Shown here: piece by piece, positions 59,711 through 64,000 of the stretch
Position numbering within the stretch: the first letter of the stretch is position 1
Layout of the letters: each line of letters opens with the position of its first letter
Origin: Ophelia neglecta
Lineage: Eukaryota
Assembly (NCBI GenBank): GCA_965285935.1
Contig: OZ260665.1
Coordinates: 16,740,001 to 16,804,000 of the forward strand
DNA length: 64,000 nt
Direction of reading: 5' to 3'
Program-made: the position numbers and the translations under genes
The notes under the pieces: generated by a model
Told to the model about the DNA's origin: nothing
Seen by the model: only the letters and a program-made list of their open reading frames with translations
The model's database searches: none

Positions 59711-61431
59711 TGTTTGAATATAATTTGGTCGGCGGTTTGTGTATCTAATATACAAAAATACTCTTTTTTATGGAATTAAAAAGACTTCTGTTTTAATATA
59801 ATTTATTTCACTTGTCCCCTTCACTAGGCTATGTCGATATAAAGGTTCTTAGATCTCCATGGCAACATAGATCGTTGGACTTTGATTTTCTTGAAGAATT
59901 ATTTCTATGTATTTTCAGGGAGCTGGTTTTCCCTTGAGGTTTTTGAGAAAAAGGTTTATGCGACTTGGGGATTCTCAAGAATATTATTGTTAGGTCAATA
60001 TTTTTCTCCTCGTTGAATTTCTCGCGTTAGTCCAAAATGTCTGCAGACAGAAATACATGTGAGAGAGCGGTTAACAGCGGATTGTGCATCAGTCTTGTGA
60101 AATAATTCCCTGTCAATCTTATCTTTCTTATATAAGGGAAGGTTCATTTAAAATTCATATACTCCGGGCACTATAAGAATGGAATTATTCAGGTTTATTG
60201 GTTCTAGAAGTGAACAAGATGTTGTTTTGGGTCAAATTCTTTGTTTCGATGTGTTTGGTGTTTAGTCGGATACTTGGTGTGTCATCTCATGACCGATTTG
60301 GTCAAACACAGGTCAGGCAAAGATGACTTCTAGGGCATCGCAAACGGACGAGCGGCCCTCGGAGTACACCCGTACACCCTGTATTTCGTTTTTGCGTTGT
60401 CTAGTGACATAAATGTTCCCATTTTTAACTATAGTCATTGGCTAAATAAGACTCCTAACGGGTTAACCTATTTAACCAAAGAAAAAGCCCACCAAACTTC
60501 TTTAATACACAACTTGGAAGGTTCGTGGTTTCATTAGTTTCATTCATGTATAATATTTAACATTTTTTTATTAGATAACATGACTGTAAATTTGTATAAA
60601 AGAAAACCAGGATTACATAAACAGAGTTAGGAGCTTTCGTATATGACCTATATTGATAGACGTTGCACGGACCAAATAAACAGTAGGGACTAACTTAATG
60701 TTCCCATGGAAACCCTCAGTATCGAACCGGGCCGTTTTGTTATGGGATCCATAGTATCAGAAAAAAATACTACAAACAAATGTTTTGTTGTTTTTTGGTG
60801 GGGATGGGGGGGGGGGGGGCGGTTGGGTGTTGGAGATCTATAATATTGCCAATGAATGCGATAGACATGAAGCGTGGTAGATTTTTCATTGAAGCCGTAT
60901 TTAGATACAGTTTCTATTGAATTATTCGCCTCAATATCTTGACATAAAGCCTTCAGTACAAGCTTCGCCTGTAGCACTATAACCCGTAAAATGAATTCCT
61001 TTCTTGTCGCCCGTCAGATGGCGTCAAACAATGTACAGTAATCTTTTGTTATGTGGCCAGCGGCCAAGCCTCGCTCGGTGCAATAAGAAATCACAGTTTA
61101 CGACTTGTGCCGGAGTTCACTTCTCCGCCGAACTACTTTGTGCAGATGTCAGAAAGGGCGATTACTCCGCTGCACCTCTTTGACAACTGCCCGGCCGCAT
61201 TACCGCCCCATCCCGACCAATATTACCAAATTTATCAGCAGTGGCATCAAATTCAAACGAAATCTTGACAAACTCGTGAGAAGACAATTTTGCCGCGGTA
61301 TTAGTCGTGATTTCAATCCGACAGGCAATTTCTCTATAAGGTGGAGGTCAAATAGGTCAAGTTCGTGAGTGACAGTTCAGAAGGAAATCTTATAATGCAG
61401 GGTTTTCCAGACTATGGACACTGATTGTACA

Positions 61432-61672
61432 AGGGGTGGAGGGAGGGGGGAGGATGGGGGAGGGAGGAGGGTTCTGGGGTGGAAGGGGTTGTGAGGGGGA
61501 GGGGTGGAGAGGGGCGATGAGGGGGGATAGGGAGGAGGAAGAGGGAAGGTGATGGGGGTGGGTGGCTAAGGAGGAGGGCGGAGGCAGAGGGGAGGGAGAA
61601 ACGGGGTGACGAAAAGGGTTGAGGGAGCTAGTGGAGCGGGGCTGGAGGAATGAGAGGGATGGAGGGGGGAGG
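61432..61672 (+). repeat. G/A-rich low-complexity tract (G4/H-DNA-prone)
   Basis: Dense GGG/GGA runs. Confidence 0.8.
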
Positions 61673-64000
61673 CAATATGCGATCTAGGAATATCGAACAA
61701 GTTTGTCCGCAGTATTGTTGTTGGTGCATAAAGTGGAGTCTGGGGCTTTGCCGCTGTCTCCTCTCTTGGGTGAAGCCATGGTCATTATGATGGTGGGGTC
61801 TGAGGCCACACCCAAACCCCAGCCTGCGGCTACTTGCCCTAATATGGGCGTCGCCTCTGGATCCGTATGGGGCCCTGTTATTAACCCCCTCAAAGGAAAT
61901 CACATTAATACGGATTAACCCAAGGCCTCGCTAGTCTCCCCTTATTGTCCGAGAAAATTACTACATGGAAATCTTCGATTGGTCGGAAATTAAAGGCGGA
62001 CGTGACTGGGGTATGTGTCTGACTGGGGTGGTGGTAGTGGGGAGAGGGGGGGAGGGAGGAGGGGGGGGGGGGGGTTACAGAACTCTAGGTTAGCCTGGCA
62101 GGCCTTATGTGAGTGCAGAGATTGGGGTTGCACTAGAGAGGCCTATGTGAGGGGCTGGGAAGGGGTTGAACAGGGAGCTGGGAGGGCAAAGAGGACATGG
62201 AGGGCATGGCTGGGGGTTGGGAGAGGGTGATACTGGGGTACCGGATATGCCTGTAATCAGGGATCGGCGCGTAGGTGTAAATGTCGGGCGGGACCTATAA
62301 TAGGTATTTAGGAGGTGATGGTTTGTGGGTTCTGGCTGAGGATGGGGTAGACTGGGTTCACGGGGAGAGAGACATGTCAGGGACCGCGGGGTAGATGTGA
62401 TCGGGCGGGCTGAGACCCGCGGGAGCGATCCATCACGGCAGATTGCAGGGACACGCCGTACCAATGCACGCCACACGCCCCGGCGGGCCCCTTTGACGGA
62501 GCGGTTTGACGGGGCGGCTAAGATGTATAGGCCCCCAATGACTTTCACCCTGCCTCAGCCTCTAAACCAATTGGAATCCGACATCCCCTCCCAACTCTAT
62601 TATGACCAAATCAAGCACCCATCGCCGGGTTATGTTTCTGGTCGGATGGAGAAGTCATAATGGCGACGGTTATTGGTCTGTGTAGTGATATCCAGACTGG
62701 GTTTTATAGCCGGCCCTCGTCCTAACTGGCTGATTGCTGTATAAACCAGGCCTCCGTCCCGACCTCTAGGGAATGACCTATTGACCTTGAACCATTCCGT
62801 TCTCTGCGAGTCCCAGGGCAGACATACATCAGCCGAGGCGGACACCACCTCGATTGCTCTAATTCTCAGAGGTGGCATTTGCTTGACGCAATATTTTGGT
62901 TGGGTAATAGACGCCGACCTTGGCAATCAGACCGCTGACCTTGAGAAGGCTTCGGTGGATGAATTCTGCGTCCCGAGCGTTGGCAGTCAATGTGCAGGCC
63001 AACTTGGGCGACTTTAGATCGTATATTATAGCACAAGGCCCGTCTCCTTTGTATTAATGTCACGACGGGCAATTCCTTTTAGCACAGGCCCCAATTATGC
63101 CTATCTCTGCCGGTACAATAGGCTGATGGAAAGGCCTGTTGGCCTCTGACCCGGGAAAACTCCCGCACCCCATCTGAGCACCATTCCTCCGAGAAATGGC
63201 CTCCTGCCTTCATTATGTCGCTCGTATCAGCGAGCAGTCCAATGGAGCCGGCGACCCTCTCCGACCGCATTGTATAACTTATTAGCCGCCATTAGATCCC
63301 ATTTTCTATAGCCGAGCTTCCGAGCTCACCCTGCCTCACCCTCATTACCCACCGACAAGCCAGTTTTGTCCTTTTCGCAACAGATATTTTCAAAATTGTT
63401 GGCGAAGTGACCTCATATCGGGGGTCTAGATTGGTTTCTCTGGCCCGGACACTAAGATTATACCAGCCCCTTGCACAAATTGTTTGCCACCTTGATTATC
63501 GTCCGTTCTGGAGGCCGTGTTTGTTTGTAACTCCCAATACGTGTATGATATCGAGCGGCAGAAGTCATACCTTATAATATCGCCCGGGTAATCTGGCCTG
63601 ATTGGAAACTTGCAAGAAATGAAGACCTTTAGTCGGTAGTCGTAAAAAAGCCGGCCCGGTAATGTCGTAATCGTGGCTAATGGATAGTTAACGTTAATTG
63701 CAGTGTCCGTTCAAGTGCACAAGCCTCGGTGATGTGTGTTGATCTGATTACCAGCCGCTAGATTGAGGGAAATCCCACTTAGGTGATTGTTATTTAACGT
63801 CTCTAACTCGGTAGAGTGCCAGGCGCCCTCGTTGACCCCGCACTAAATGTCAGTTTTTTCGATTGAAGAGCTCAAATCTTCTAAAACCAATCTTCTAATC
63901 GGAAAGTGAAAAATACAATACTTCATTCGAGATGATAGTCAGCTAGACCAGTGGTATAACCACTTGTATTTCGTTAGATTTGAAACACCTCAATAAATGA

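Overview
This window reads as animal (most likely invertebrate bilaterian) non-coding genomic DNA, either a gene desert or a giant intron, from a gapped draft assembly. It is not a prokaryotic locus. I can support no protein-coding gene, rRNA, tRNA or CRISPR array; the very long ORFs in the track are translations of minisatellites or N-gaps, and none of the rest matches a protein family I recognise. Directly visible in the sequence: (i) a ~1.7 kb near-identical duplication (1-1715 vs 7258-8881) next to a 100-N gap, probably two uncollapsed alleles, one carrying a small LINE-tail-like insertion; (ii) eleven TA-flanked Tc1/mariner(pogo-like) MITE copies with CAGTGAAACCT termini (ten of a ~180 bp family, one of a related family), including a tandem dimer and inverted pairs; (iii) four large tandem arrays (32/34, 24, 10/40 and 45 bp units), several short duplications and two spacer-less palindromes; (iv) CpG-rich blocks alternating with AT-rich spacers and carrying clustered transcription-factor motifs (RUNX, PBX-HOX/MEIS, TCF, RFX, BANP-type, YY1, CTCF-like), suggesting the cis-regulatory landscape of a developmental gene; (v) a few isolated exon-like segments with good splice signals. 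I did not find a new multi-gene system. The best leads are the recurrent RUNX clusters, the candidate exon/smORF at 42899-43082, repeat-driven amplification of regulatory motifs and a composite satellite-bearing element. All motif calls were made by eye and need computational checking.
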